From contig JBGSNL010000036.1 of the NCBI GenBank assembly GCA_041739675.1, positions 1 through 27,996 of the forward strand: a stretch of 27,996 nucleotides of DNA, given 5' to 3'. The notes below the pieces were generated by a model, which searched no databases, was not told where the DNA came from, and worked only from the letters and a program-made list of their open reading frames with translations. The position numbers and the translations under genes are program-made. The stretch is from a bacterium (GTDB lineage Bacteria; UBA10199; 2-02-FULL-44-16; DYJF01). Every line of letters begins with the position of its first letter. Positions within the stretch are counted from its first letter, which is position 1. Shown here piece by piece: positions 1 through 9,384 of this stretch.

Positions 1-230
1 TATGACGAGGTTCGCCTCGGTTTTTGCGACGTCTGATTCCTTTGAAGTGGTATTAAAACGGGTTCCCGGATAGACATGGATGAGGGTTTCCTGGCAGGCC
101 TTCTGGATCTTAGTGTCGGATGCCAAAATCTGTATGCCAAACGCGGCTGTAGCAGCCATTCATCCTCCCGAGGTAACGGCGATTTTACCCGTTTTAGAGC
201 CGACTTGCAAGGTTTGAAACCACTTTTTAC

Positions 231-257
231 GCAACTTTTAGCCGAATTCGGCGATAA
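231..257 (+). promoter_or_regulatory. Putative alternative-sigma (sigma28-like -10) promoter, GCAACTTTTA-N11-CGATAA
   Basis: Same motif and spacing at 24224-24250; both copies lie 21-31 nt upstream of an orphan ATG; the -10 part resembles FliA GCCGATAA. Confidence 0.55.
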
Positions 258-288
258 GTGATCGAGACAACTCTCGATATAAAATTTT

Positions 289-2664
289 ATGGCAGAAATA
301 GATCCAAAGTCAGGGGTACCGCCTACCGGCGGGCCGGGCGCTCAGGAAGTGTCCGCGCTTGTGCGGGAGACTGCGCCTGTGTCGCCGTCTGCGCCGGACG
401 CTGTGCCGGAAGGGTCGTCCTCCACGGCGGATCAATACCGGCTAACTTTCACCGATGATGAGGAGGGCGCGCGTTTTCTCGACCAGTTCGGTCAAGACTT
501 CAACGGGGTTTCATTTGGATTCTGGAGACGGTATATGAACGTACCGCCCGAACTTCGAACCTGGCTCACGGACAGGATGATGGAGGTCAAGAACACTCTT
601 GGGCTTCTCACATATTTCCAGGAGGAGGGCGTGACGCCGGAGATGAAGGGTCAGCTGGCGGCGATCGTCGACCGTCTTGAAGTGATCGTCCATGACCTGC
701 AATCGCCCTATTTCGACAACGGTTCTCTATCGCTGCTTGGCCTTGAGCGTTCGCAGAATAAATTGTTCCGCGCGGGCCATAGCTCGATGATGCGCGTCAA
801 CATAAACATGACGGACGCCAATAAGCGCAGTCAGGCTCTGGGCACGGCATTCAAATATGTCGTTCTGGAATGGCTGCAGCGCGAGTTCGGGATCAGGAGT
901 GTCTCGGTGAACCCGGAAGGCACCTCTTTCCTCGTAATAAATGTTACGCCCGACGAGATTTCCTGCGCACTCAGACGCTTCACGCAGGAGATCAAATTGA
1001 AGCTCGAGACCGAAGAAATTCAAAAGCGGTACGGATTCGATTCTACGCTTCTTGATCGCTTCACGCCCTCATCTGCGGCCATGGTCATGGATCTCACGAC
1101 CGAGGGGTTTGCAATTACCGAAACTTTGATGACCGGCGACAGGCGAATGATCATGGATCTTCAAAACAAGATCATAACCCTTATTGAAGATGCGCAGCGC
1201 CTTCTTGCCGTTGGAACCACACTTATTGAAAAAGAGGGGCCCGAGGCATTCGGAATGAAGGCTATGTTCGGCGGAATGAGTGTCTTCAATGCCGCCGATC
1301 TGCCGATGACCCCGCAGATGACCGGCTACGACAGACTTCAGATGGGGCTCCGCATCGGTCTGGGCTATGTGCCTGCCGCAGAATACGTCTCTCCGCTCGA
1401 TGATAGAATGATGATATTTCCCGCGGCTGACGGCAAACTAACATTTCATCCCCGCTTTGCGCACAACTACGGATTGCTTTATGCGCTGGCGATGGCAAGA
1501 CTCAAGGACGCCGTAAAGAAAATTCAGGACGCCGCGACCCCGGAGCAGACCGAGGCGGCGCTAATCACGCTCAAAGATGCGGTCGAATCGTTCACGATCA
1601 TTTTTACGATCGGCGAAATTGCCCGCACTAATCCGAGAAACCGTCTTTTCACAAAATGGATACAAAATGTGGAGCTGCACGACGGGACGAAGAAAGCTGA
1701 ATACTATTTTCTCGAAGAAGTCTCAATGATGACAGGGCCGAACATGCATAACGTGCATATGACGGTTTGGGAGATAGATTCGTTCAAGGCCTATTCAAGC
1801 GTTTATCCGGTGGACGAGACCGATTCGAATTTCTGGGGCATTTTTGATCAATTCGTCTGGGTCGCCAAGGAACGGGGGATCGACCCTCCCGTCATGACTC
1901 AGATGGCGGGCGACCTCGTGGCCGTGGCAATTTCTACGGTCGACCAGCAGGGCAGATCAGTGGATCTTGCGGATTTCATAAGCCGCGTACAAAAAAGGAT
2001 TGCGGGCGTCTATGGTAACAAGAAGTTTCAAGACACAAGAAAGGTCGAAGTTCCGAACGGACACGGCAACCGTGTTGAGAGGCAGCCTTTGTGGCTTGTC
2101 GGCGACGAGTTTGTGGCATCTTGGACACAGCCGCCGGGCAGCAGACCCTATCTTCGCACTTTATCAGTCTCGGCCGTGGGTGCCACGATCCCCATACCAA
2201 GAACCTCCCTCGATATAGCGCCTTTTTTTGCAATAATGGATAATCTGGCCCGGCGTGTGGATACTTTGAAAGACGAGACATCGCCGCAGAAGGGTCAATA
2301 TCGAATTGTATCGACCGAACAGACGGAACTGCAGGCAGAACAGGCACCGATATCGTCCGTGACGGGATATTACATCCCGAGGGAGGTTTCATCCCACTCT
2401 GCCGAGCTCGTTTCGTTCATTGCAAGAATCGACGACGAGCTGACGGAAATCTGGGGCGAGCCGTGGTCGAGCTTGAGCGCAGACGTCAAAAGGGCTTTTT
2501 CCGTTCGACTGATCGCAATGATGAGGGGGCGCCAGATACGGCCGGTTCTGGATAACAATGTGGCCCAGCAGGTTTTCCGGCAGATAGGCCATGCCATGCC
2601 GCGCATACCGCAGACGCAAATTCTGTTGGCACCTGTCCTTCCCAGAGTGGGCGTAACTCTTTGA
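289..2664 (+). CDS. Large hypothetical protein with one or two degenerate GGDEF/cyclase-like domains
   Basis: 791-aa ORF; Pro/Ser-rich N-terminus; VWEIDSFKAY...QMAGDLVAVAI...TLSVSAVGA resembles GGDEF DIDxFK...RxGGDEF...TxSxG. Confidence 0.75.
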   Translation: MAEIDPKSGVPPTGGPGAQEVSALVRETAPVSPSAPDAVPEGSSSTADQYRLTFTDDEEGARFLDQFGQDFNGVSFGFWRRYMNVPPELRTWLTDRMMEVKNTLGLLTYFQEEGVTPEMKGQLAAIVDRLEVIVHDLQSPYFDNGSLSLLGLERSQNKLFRAGHSSMMRVNINMTDANKRSQALGTAFKYVVLEWLQREFGIRSVSVNPEGTSFLVINVTPDEISCALRRFTQEIKLKLETEEIQKRYGFDSTLLDRFTPSSAAMVMDLTTEGFAITETLMTGDRRMIMDLQNKIITLIEDAQRLLAVGTTLIEKEGPEAFGMKAMFGGMSVFNAADLPMTPQMTGYDRLQMGLRIGLGYVPAAEYVSPLDDRMMIFPAADGKLTFHPRFAHNYGLLYALAMARLKDAVKKIQDAATPEQTEAALITLKDAVESFTIIFTIGEIARTNPRNRLFTKWIQNVELHDGTKKAEYYFLEEVSMMTGPNMHNVHMTVWEIDSFKAYSSVYPVDETDSNFWGIFDQFVWVAKERGIDPPVMTQMAGDLVAVAISTVDQQGRSVDLADFISRVQKRIAGVYGNKKFQDTRKVEVPNGHGNRVERQPLWLVGDEFVASWTQPPGSRPYLRTLSVSAVGATIPIPRTSLDIAPFFAIMDNLARRVDTLKDETSPQKGQYRIVSTEQTELQAEQAPISSVTGYYIPREVSSHSAELVSFIARIDDELTEIWGEPWSSLSADVKRAFSVRLIAMMRGRQIRPVLDNNVAQQVFRQIGHAMPRIPQTQILLAPVLPRVGVTL

Positions 2665-2713
2665 TATCTTGGACAAACTTTCTATTGGCAGCGGCCGTTC
2701 GGTCGTGTTAAGC

Positions 2714-3817
2714 ATGTCCGCTATGCGACACTTCCTTCTCATATTCATAAGCATCATTTTTGCCGTTCAAAACATTCCCGCTGCTTCGGCCTTCGATCAG
2801 GATGAGGAGCTTGTCTGGCTCTCGATGGAGGGACAGAAGAGAATTTTTGAGCGGAAATACGACAGCGCGCTTCAACTGTTCAAGAATGTTCAAGTTGAAT
2901 ATCCCATGTCGGCGCTTGGTTATTTCGGCGAGATGGCGGTCTATGAAGTGCGCATGCTTGAAAAAGAGGATTTTCATCTGGAAAATGAGTTCATGGATGC
3001 GGCAAAGCGCGGCGAACAGGTCGTTGGAAAGGTCAGGCAACTCTACGAGCCATCCGATCTCGATCTTTTCTTTGCCGGCGGCTTCATAGGTCTGGAGGGT
3101 TTTTTCAAGGCGCGCCACGGATGGTGGTGGGGCGCATACACGCGCGGAAACATTTCACGCCAGATATTCAACACGATACTCAAAAGAAATCCGAACTTCA
3201 TCGACGCCGAATTCGGGCTGGGCATGTACACCTACTGGCGCTCGGTTTTCACAAATGAGATAAAGAGTCTTCCGTTCTTCTCCGACAATAGGGCGGAGGG
3301 AATTGCAACTGTCGAGAAAGTTGCAAGAGAGGGAAGACTTGCCAAGGAAATGGCGCACGTTAATCTCGGCATCATCTACTTTGAGGAAAAAAGATACGCC
3401 GATGCGATCAAAGTGTTTGAGGATTATCTGGCGCGTTTCCCGCAAAACGTTCTGCTGCATCAGTTTATGGGACGCGTGCTATTGGCGGACAAACAATACG
3501 ACCGTGCTATCGCCGAGTTCAAAAAAATCATCGCGCTCGATCCTTCAATAAACAAGTCCCACTATTTCATTGGGACAGCAATTCTTGCCGAGGCGAAAAA
3601 AGAGCGGCTGCCCGAGGCTGAAAAAGAATTTCAGATTTTTTTAAATGTGACGACCGACCGCCTGTGGAGATCCTACACACTCTACTGGCTGGGACAAGTC
3701 TATGAGAGACAGGGCAATACCGAGAGCGCAAAGCAGTATTATGAAGAGGCGCTCTCGCTCAACAGCGGTCTCAAGGGCGCAAAATTGAAGCTCAGAGGTC
3801 TGGGCGGGGGAATATAG
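2714..3817 (+). CDS. Secreted tetratricopeptide-repeat protein
   Basis: Signal-peptide-like MRHFLLIFISIIFAVQNIPAASA; TPR motifs (AHVNLGIIYFEEKRYADAI, LYWLGQVYERQGNTESAKQYYEEAL); start is 2714 or 2723. Confidence 0.85.
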   Translation: MSAMRHFLLIFISIIFAVQNIPAASAFDQDEELVWLSMEGQKRIFERKYDSALQLFKNVQVEYPMSALGYFGEMAVYEVRMLEKEDFHLENEFMDAAKRGEQVVGKVRQLYEPSDLDLFFAGGFIGLEGFFKARHGWWWGAYTRGNISRQIFNTILKRNPNFIDAEFGLGMYTYWRSVFTNEIKSLPFFSDNRAEGIATVEKVAREGRLAKEMAHVNLGIIYFEEKRYADAIKVFEDYLARFPQNVLLHQFMGRVLLADKQYDRAIAEFKKIIALDPSINKSHYFIGTAILAEAKKERLPEAEKEFQIFLNVTTDRLWRSYTLYWLGQVYERQGNTESAKQYYEEALSLNSGLKGAKLKLRGLGGGI

Positions 3818-5089
3818 ATGGGCATCACAATAGTGCAAAAAAGCGATCTCACTAAGAAAAGGCCCGATGCCTTGAAGGCCCTGATCCTTGCCGGCGGCGC
3901 GGTGACCGGCGGGTCGTTCAAGGCGGGCGGGATAAAGGCGCTCAACGATTATCTTTCAAATTTCAAAGTGACCGATTTTGATATTTACGTGGGCATCAGC
4001 TCGGGAAGCCTAATCGCGGCGCCGCTGATGGGCGGCATAAAACCTGAATCGATACTCAAGAGCCTCGACGGAAAGTCGCACCATTTCAGCGCGCTCACTT
4101 CGTGGCATTATTACAGGCCGAATATTGCGGAGTGGATCTCAAAGCCTCTTTCATTTCTGGGAAAAATATTCGCCTCGCCGGTCTCGCTCTTGAAAGGGGG
4201 CACGCTCGATCTGCCTTCTCTCATCTCGTGGCTCCCCTCCGGTGTCTTTGATAACCGGCCGATCGAACAGTATCTGCGCGAAAACATAGAGCGCAACGGC
4301 CTGACAAACGACTTCAAAACGGCCTATCGCCTGACCGGAAAGAAACTCTACATCTGCGCGATGGCGTTAGACGGCGCCAGGCGCGTGATCTTCGGCCCCG
4401 ATGAAAAAAACGACGTCACGATCTCCGAGGCGGTTCAAGCATCCACGGCGATGCCCGGTTTTTACAAACCGGCGCGCATAAATGGTGTCGATTACGTCGA
4501 CGGCGGCGTGCAGGAGACCGCGAACATCGACATCGCGATCAAGAAGGGCGCCGAGCTTGTCATCTGCTACAATCCGTTTCGTCCCTACGATCCCAAAAAA
4601 TTCGAAGAGCGCATAAATAAGGAGAAGGACAGAGATCGTCTTTCCGAAAGCGGAGTGATGGCCGTTTTGAATCAGATATTCCGCGCCTTCTTTCATACGC
4701 GGCTTCATGTGGCGCTAGATAATTTCAGAAACGATCCCAAGTTCAAAGGCGACATCATTCTCATCGAGCCGCGCCCCGACGATCTGGCGTTTTTCGGTTT
4801 GAATCCGCTCATTCTCTCGAACCGCATCGAGGCCGCGAGCCTGGGTTTCAAGTCGGTGCGCAATTCGATCGAAGAAAGATTCGATGAAGTGAAGGCGATC
4901 TTCGCCGCCTACGGAATCGAGATGACGAAAAAGGGAGTTGAAGAGGAGTTTGAAAAGATCGAAAAGCCCGACGTGAGCGAGACGGAGCTCCAACTTCTTT
5001 TAGAGGGCAGTAAGAGAAGAGCCAAAGATGCAAAGAAGCAAAGAAAAAAGGCCAAAAAAATCCATGGAGCAAAGCAGCCTCAACTTTGA
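3818..5089 (+). CDS. Patatin-like phospholipase family protein
   Basis: Gly-rich LAGGAVTGG, nucleophile motif GISSG (GxSxG), catalytic YVDGG. Confidence 0.92.
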   Translation: MGITIVQKSDLTKKRPDALKALILAGGAVTGGSFKAGGIKALNDYLSNFKVTDFDIYVGISSGSLIAAPLMGGIKPESILKSLDGKSHHFSALTSWHYYRPNIAEWISKPLSFLGKIFASPVSLLKGGTLDLPSLISWLPSGVFDNRPIEQYLRENIERNGLTNDFKTAYRLTGKKLYICAMALDGARRVIFGPDEKNDVTISEAVQASTAMPGFYKPARINGVDYVDGGVQETANIDIAIKKGAELVICYNPFRPYDPKKFEERINKEKDRDRLSESGVMAVLNQIFRAFFHTRLHVALDNFRNDPKFKGDIILIEPRPDDLAFFGLNPLILSNRIEAASLGFKSVRNSIEERFDEVKAIFAAYGIEMTKKGVEEEFEKIEKPDVSETELQLLLEGSKRRAKDAKKQRKKAKKIHGAKQPQL

Positions 5090-6410
5090 CGCGCCGTTTG
5101 AAGAGGGAATTCCGGCCCGGAAGGAACGCGAGGCGATTCCCAAGACGCACAAGGTGAAGGCCAGGGCCGAAGTCGAGGTGGAGGCCGAGGCCGTGGTTGT
5201 GGATGTGGACGTCCCAGCGGAGCCGCATATATTCACGGTCTCCGAGCTCACCTTTTCGGTGAGGGATCTTCTGGAGAACCGTTTTCCAGATGTGTGGGTG
5301 ACGGGCGAAGTCTCCAATTTCAGGAATCCCGAACACAAACATTACTATTTCTCCCTCAAAGACGACCAGAGCCAGATGCGCGCGGTAGTCTTCAACGGAA
5401 AGCAGCGCATACCGTTCAACCTTGAAGACGGCCTTGAGCTCATCTGCCACGGAAAGATCAGTGTCTACAGCGCGCGCGGCGAATATCAGATAATCATCGA
5501 TCACATGGAGCCCAAGGGGAAGGGCGCGCTTCAGCTAGCCTTCGAGCAACTCAAGAAAAAGCTGGAGGCGGAGGGGCTTTTCGCGAAGGAGCGGAAAAGA
5601 GCGCTGCCGTTTCTGCCGCGCAAAATAGGCGTGGTGACCTCCCCAACAGGCGCCGCGATTCGCGATATCATAAACGTCCTTACAAGAAGATTCCCCACGA
5701 TTGAAATTCTTTTGAACCCCGTGAGGGTTCAGGGCGACGGCGCAGCGGCCGAGATTGCTGAGGCGATTGCCGAGATGAATTTGCGCGGTGACATCGACCT
5801 CCTGATAGTCGGGCGCGGAGGCGGCTCTCTTGAAGATCTGTGGGCCTTCAACGAAGAGGCGGTCGCCCGCGCGATCTTCGCGTCCGAAATTCCCGTGATC
5901 AGCGCCGTCGGGCATGAGATCGACTTCACGATCGCAGATTTTGTCGCCGACGTGCGCGCGCCGACACCTTCGGCGGCGGCCGAGATTGCAGTTCCGAGAA
6001 AAGAGGATCTGGAAAATGAGATAACCGATTTCAGGCGCCAGCTTTTCATCGCGATTAAAAACGATCTGCAGACAAAATGGTCAGACGTGCAAAAACTCAA
6101 GGGGAGAATCATCGATCCATCGCGCCGCTTTCCCGATCTCATCCTCCGGCTTGACGGATTTGCCGAGCGCTTGAGACTCGCTGTCACGGGCCGGTTCCAG
6201 GCCTGGGAGCAGCTCCTGTTGAAGCTGGGTAGCAATTTGAAGCATCTTTCCCCCATGCACATCATGGAAAAAGGGTACGCAGTGGTCACCGCAAAGGGAG
6301 TGGAAGGGCCGATTAAGTCCGCAAAATCACTTAAAGAAGGGGCGGGCGTGGACATCAGGTTTTATCAGGGGTTTGCGGCCGCAAAGGTCACGAAAATCAT
6401 TGACGGATAG
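5064..6410 (+). CDS. xseA: Exodeoxyribonuclease VII large subunit
   Basis: VWVTGEVSNF, HYYFSLKD, IGVVTSPTGAAIRDI, RGGGSLEDLWAFNEE, SAVGHEIDFTIADFVADVRAPTPSAAAE; start uncertain. Confidence 0.97.
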   Translation: MEQSSLNFDAPFEEGIPARKEREAIPKTHKVKARAEVEVEAEAVVVDVDVPAEPHIFTVSELTFSVRDLLENRFPDVWVTGEVSNFRNPEHKHYYFSLKDDQSQMRAVVFNGKQRIPFNLEDGLELICHGKISVYSARGEYQIIIDHMEPKGKGALQLAFEQLKKKLEAEGLFAKERKRALPFLPRKIGVVTSPTGAAIRDIINVLTRRFPTIEILLNPVRVQGDGAAAEIAEAIAEMNLRGDIDLLIVGRGGGSLEDLWAFNEEAVARAIFASEIPVISAVGHEIDFTIADFVADVRAPTPSAAAEIAVPRKEDLENEITDFRRQLFIAIKNDLQTKWSDVQKLKGRIIDPSRRFPDLILRLDGFAERLRLAVTGRFQAWEQLLLKLGSNLKHLSPMHIMEKGYAVVTAKGVEGPIKSAKSLKEGAGVDIRFYQGFAAAKVTKIIDG

Positions 6411-6449
6411 GCATGTTTTGAACGATAAGACCCAACCTGTGAGGTGGTC

Positions 6450-6677
6450 ATGGCAGAACGCACATTCGAACAGTCGATGGAAGAGCTTGAAAAAGTGGTG
6501 AGGCAGCTGGAGAAGGGCGAGCTTTCGCTCGATTCCTCCGTCGCCGCCTTTGAGAGCGGCATCAAGCTCGCGAAAGAGTGCGAGAAAAAACTCACCGAGG
6601 CAAAGGGGAAGGTGGAACAGTTGGTGAAAGACGAATCGGGCAAGACCCGCGCCCAGACCTTCGAACCCAAGGATTAA
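6450..6677 (+). CDS. xseB: Exodeoxyribonuclease VII small subunit
   Basis: FEQSMEELEKVVRQLEKGELSLDSSVAAFESG; follows xseA; GAGGTGG RBS upstream. Confidence 0.96.
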   Translation: MAERTFEQSMEELEKVVRQLEKGELSLDSSVAAFESGIKLAKECEKKLTEAKGKVEQLVKDESGKTRAQTFEPKD

Positions 6678-6679
6678 AA

Positions 6680-7561
6680 ATGAATCTGGAATCCTATCTC
6701 AAAAGTAAAAAGAGCGAGGTTGAATCGGCGCTGACGAGATCTCTCTCGGACGAGACGATCCCCGCCACTCTCAAAAAATCCATGGAATACAGTTTGTCGG
6801 CTGGCGGCAAAAGGCTCCGCCCGATACTTGTCATTGCCGGCGCGGAGGCGGTTGGAGGTGCTGCGCGAAACGTTATGCCGATAGCTCTGGCCCTTGAGAT
6901 GATACACACATTCTCTTTGATTCACGATGACCTTCCCGCGATGGACGACGACGACCTGAGACGCGGCAAACCCACGAACCACAAAGTGTTCGGTGAGGCT
7001 ACGGCCGTGCTTGCAGGAGACGGTCTTCTTGCCGAAGCCTTTTCCGTTCTGACAAGACACGCGAAAGATTCCGATCCCGCACGCCTGGTCGACGTGATAG
7101 GCGACATCGCGGATGCGACCGGCGCGCGCGGTATGACCGGCGGCCAGCAGATCGACATGGAATCGGCGGGCCGACCGCTTTCGGAAAACGAGCTTTCAAG
7201 GCTCCACGCGATGAAAACCGGAAGGCTCATCACCGTTTCGGCGACAAGCGGCGCCAAATACTGCGGCGCGAAGGCGGAGCAAATAGAGGCGCTTAAAAAA
7301 TACGGGGAATCTATAGGTCTCGCGTTCCAGATCGCCGACGACATTTTAGACATAGAGGGAAATCAGGAGGAGATAGGGAAAGACGTGGGAAGCGATGTTG
7401 AAAAAGGCAAGGCGACCTATCCCGCGATCATAGGGCTTGATGTGTCAAGGCAGAAGGCCGTGTCCCTTGTGGAACAGGCGGTAAACGCGCTTTCAATTTT
7501 CGATGTGCATGCCGATCCGTTGAGAGAGATTGCAAGGTATATAATCGAGCGGAGAAGCTAG
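6680..7561 (+). CDS. ispA: Farnesyl diphosphate synthase / polyprenyl synthetase
   Basis: GGKRLRP, first DDxxD motif SLIHDDLPAMDDDDLRRGKPTNH, second motif FQIADDILD; xseA-xseB-ispA order. Confidence 0.95.
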   Translation: MNLESYLKSKKSEVESALTRSLSDETIPATLKKSMEYSLSAGGKRLRPILVIAGAEAVGGAARNVMPIALALEMIHTFSLIHDDLPAMDDDDLRRGKPTNHKVFGEATAVLAGDGLLAEAFSVLTRHAKDSDPARLVDVIGDIADATGARGMTGGQQIDMESAGRPLSENELSRLHAMKTGRLITVSATSGAKYCGAKAEQIEALKKYGESIGLAFQIADDILDIEGNQEEIGKDVGSDVEKGKATYPAIIGLDVSRQKAVSLVEQAVNALSIFDVHADPLREIARYIIERRS

Positions 7562-7987
7562 ATGAAACATTTTTTTCATGAGATAAGCATCGCGACTACG
7601 AAACCAATCGAGTTCATCGACGTCACCGATCGCGTGCGCGAGGCGGTGGGAAAAAGCGGAATAAAAAACGGTATCGTCAGCATCTTTTCGAATCACACGA
7701 CGGTCGCGGTGAGAATCAACGAGAGGTGTTCAAGACTTCAGAAAGATATGGAAGCGCTTCTGAGAGAGATGGTTCCGGAAGACAGGCCGTACCGCCACAA
7801 TGAAACGACCGCAGACGGCCGCGGCAACGCGCACAGCCATCTCATGTCGCTTCTCATGGGCGGCTCGGAGACGGCACCTGTCAAGGGCGGCAATGTCCAT
7901 CTCGGAACGTGGCAGTCGGTATTTTTCATCGAACTTGACGGGCCGAGAAGTTCCAGAAAACTCACGGTAACCGTTGTGGGAGTTTAA
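7562..7987 (+). CDS. yjbQ: YjbQ family (UPF0047, secondary thiamine-phosphate synthase) protein
   Basis: HTTVAVRINE, NAHSHL, LGTWQSVFFIELDGPR. Confidence 0.92.
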   Translation: MKHFFHEISIATTKPIEFIDVTDRVREAVGKSGIKNGIVSIFSNHTTVAVRINERCSRLQKDMEALLREMVPEDRPYRHNETTADGRGNAHSHLMSLLMGGSETAPVKGGNVHLGTWQSVFFIELDGPRSSRKLTVTVVGV

Positions 7988-9384
7988 TGGACAGAGAAGA
8001 GAGAAAAGGATTTTTTGCGGACGAGTCGTCGCTTAATCTCGAGGACCATGTGATAGAGACATACTGGTTCGAGACGCCGTCCGAGCCTGAAGCCGCCGCG
8101 GCCTCGCTTTGCCGCGAGCAGTCCACGGCGCAGTGGCAGCGGGTGGGTTCAGATGAGGATCTGCGCCCCGTTTACGCCGCGAAAGTGATCGGCCTTGAGG
8201 TTCTGGAAGTTTCCAGCCAGCCTTCATTTGAATCGCCCTTCAACAAGGGCGAAAGATTTTCCCGCTGCCGCGTGAGAATCGCGCACCCGCACAGAAATTT
8301 CGGCGCAAAGATCCCCAACCTCATCACCGCAGTTTGCGGCGAGGGCGCTTTCTTCACTCATCATATAACTGCGATCAAACTTTTGGATCTCACTTTTTCC
8401 GAATCGTATCTTCGGGGTTTTGAGGGGCCCAAATTCGGAACCGAAGGGATAAGGAAAATTTTGAACGTTAAGGACCGCCCAGTATTTTTCGGTGTCGTGA
8501 AACCCAACATCGGGCTTAACCCCGCCGATTTTGCGGATCTTGCTTATGAGAGCTGGCTGGGCGGGCTGGACGTGGCAAAAGACGACGAGATGCAGGCCGA
8601 CACTGAAGTTTCCCCGCTTGAAAAACGCCTTGAGCTCGTCAATTCAAAAAGGATCGAGGCGGAACAAAGGACGGGCGAAAAAAAGATTTTTCTGGCGAAT
8701 ATCACCGATGAAGTTGGCCGTCTCATCGACCTGCACGATCTCGCCGTAAAAAACGGCGCGGGCATGGTGATGGTAAACGGTATGACAACGGGCCTTTCGG
8801 CGGTGAGGATGCTCGCGAAACACAGCGCGGTTCCGATCGTCGGCCATTTCGATTTCATAGCGCCGTTTTCGAGGCTCCCTTTCTTCGGCGTCTCGACTGT
8901 AGTCATGACGAAACTTCAAAGGCTCGCGGGCTTCGATGCGATCATCATGCCGGGCTTCGGATCGCGAATGATGACGGAAGACGAAGACGTTCTTGCAAAT
9001 GCCGATATCTGCGCCGCAAAGCTCGGGCATTTGAGGCGCGTGCTTCCCGTGCCGGGCGGAAGCGACTGGGCGGGCACGCTCCGAGAAGTTTACGACAAAC
9101 TCAGGACGATAGATTTCGGTTTCGTTCCCGGTCGCGGTGTTTTCGGCCATCCAATGGGCGCGGCCGCCGGTGCGAAGAGTTTGAGACAGGCGTGGGAGGC
9201 GATCGCCCTTGGAGTTGGTTTGGCCGAGTATGCAAAGGACAAAGCCGAGCTCAGAGAGGCGATAGAGTTTTTCGGAAAGGGAAGGGTGCCGTATGAAACG
9301 TCTGGCAATTTGTCTGATTCTGATGACGGCGTTTATCCCCGCAAGCTGGGCAAAGGATCCCGCAAAGATCTGGGAGGAGTTTGA
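7987..9384 (+). CDS. RuBisCO-like protein (form IV), resembling the Chlorobium-type IV-Photo clade
   Basis: EQSTAQW, GPKFG, FGVVKPNIGL, GGLDVAKDDEM, LQRLAG, LPVPGG, GRGVFGHPMGAAAGAKSLRQAW; residues equivalent to K177 and K334 replaced by N and R. Confidence 0.95.
   Translation: MDREERKGFFADESSLNLEDHVIETYWFETPSEPEAAAASLCREQSTAQWQRVGSDEDLRPVYAAKVIGLEVLEVSSQPSFESPFNKGERFSRCRVRIAHPHRNFGAKIPNLITAVCGEGAFFTHHITAIKLLDLTFSESYLRGFEGPKFGTEGIRKILNVKDRPVFFGVVKPNIGLNPADFADLAYESWLGGLDVAKDDEMQADTEVSPLEKRLELVNSKRIEAEQRTGEKKIFLANITDEVGRLIDLHDLAVKNGAGMVMVNGMTTGLSAVRMLAKHSAVPIVGHFDFIAPFSRLPFFGVSTVVMTKLQRLAGFDAIIMPGFGSRMMTEDEDVLANADICAAKLGHLRRVLPVPGGSDWAGTLREVYDKLRTIDFGFVPGRGVFGHPMGAAAGAKSLRQAWEAIALGVGLAEYAKDKAELREAIEFFGKGRVPYETSGNLSDSDDGVYPRKLGKGSRKDLGGV

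Noticed and set aside
1..77. Possible minus-strand gene start (MSIREPVLIPLQ...) running off the window
   Set aside because: Only 25 codons, no clear RBS or recognisable motif
7987..9384. CO2-fixing RuBisCO
   Set aside because: Catalytic lysines equivalent to K177 and K334 are substituted; no rbcS or prk nearby
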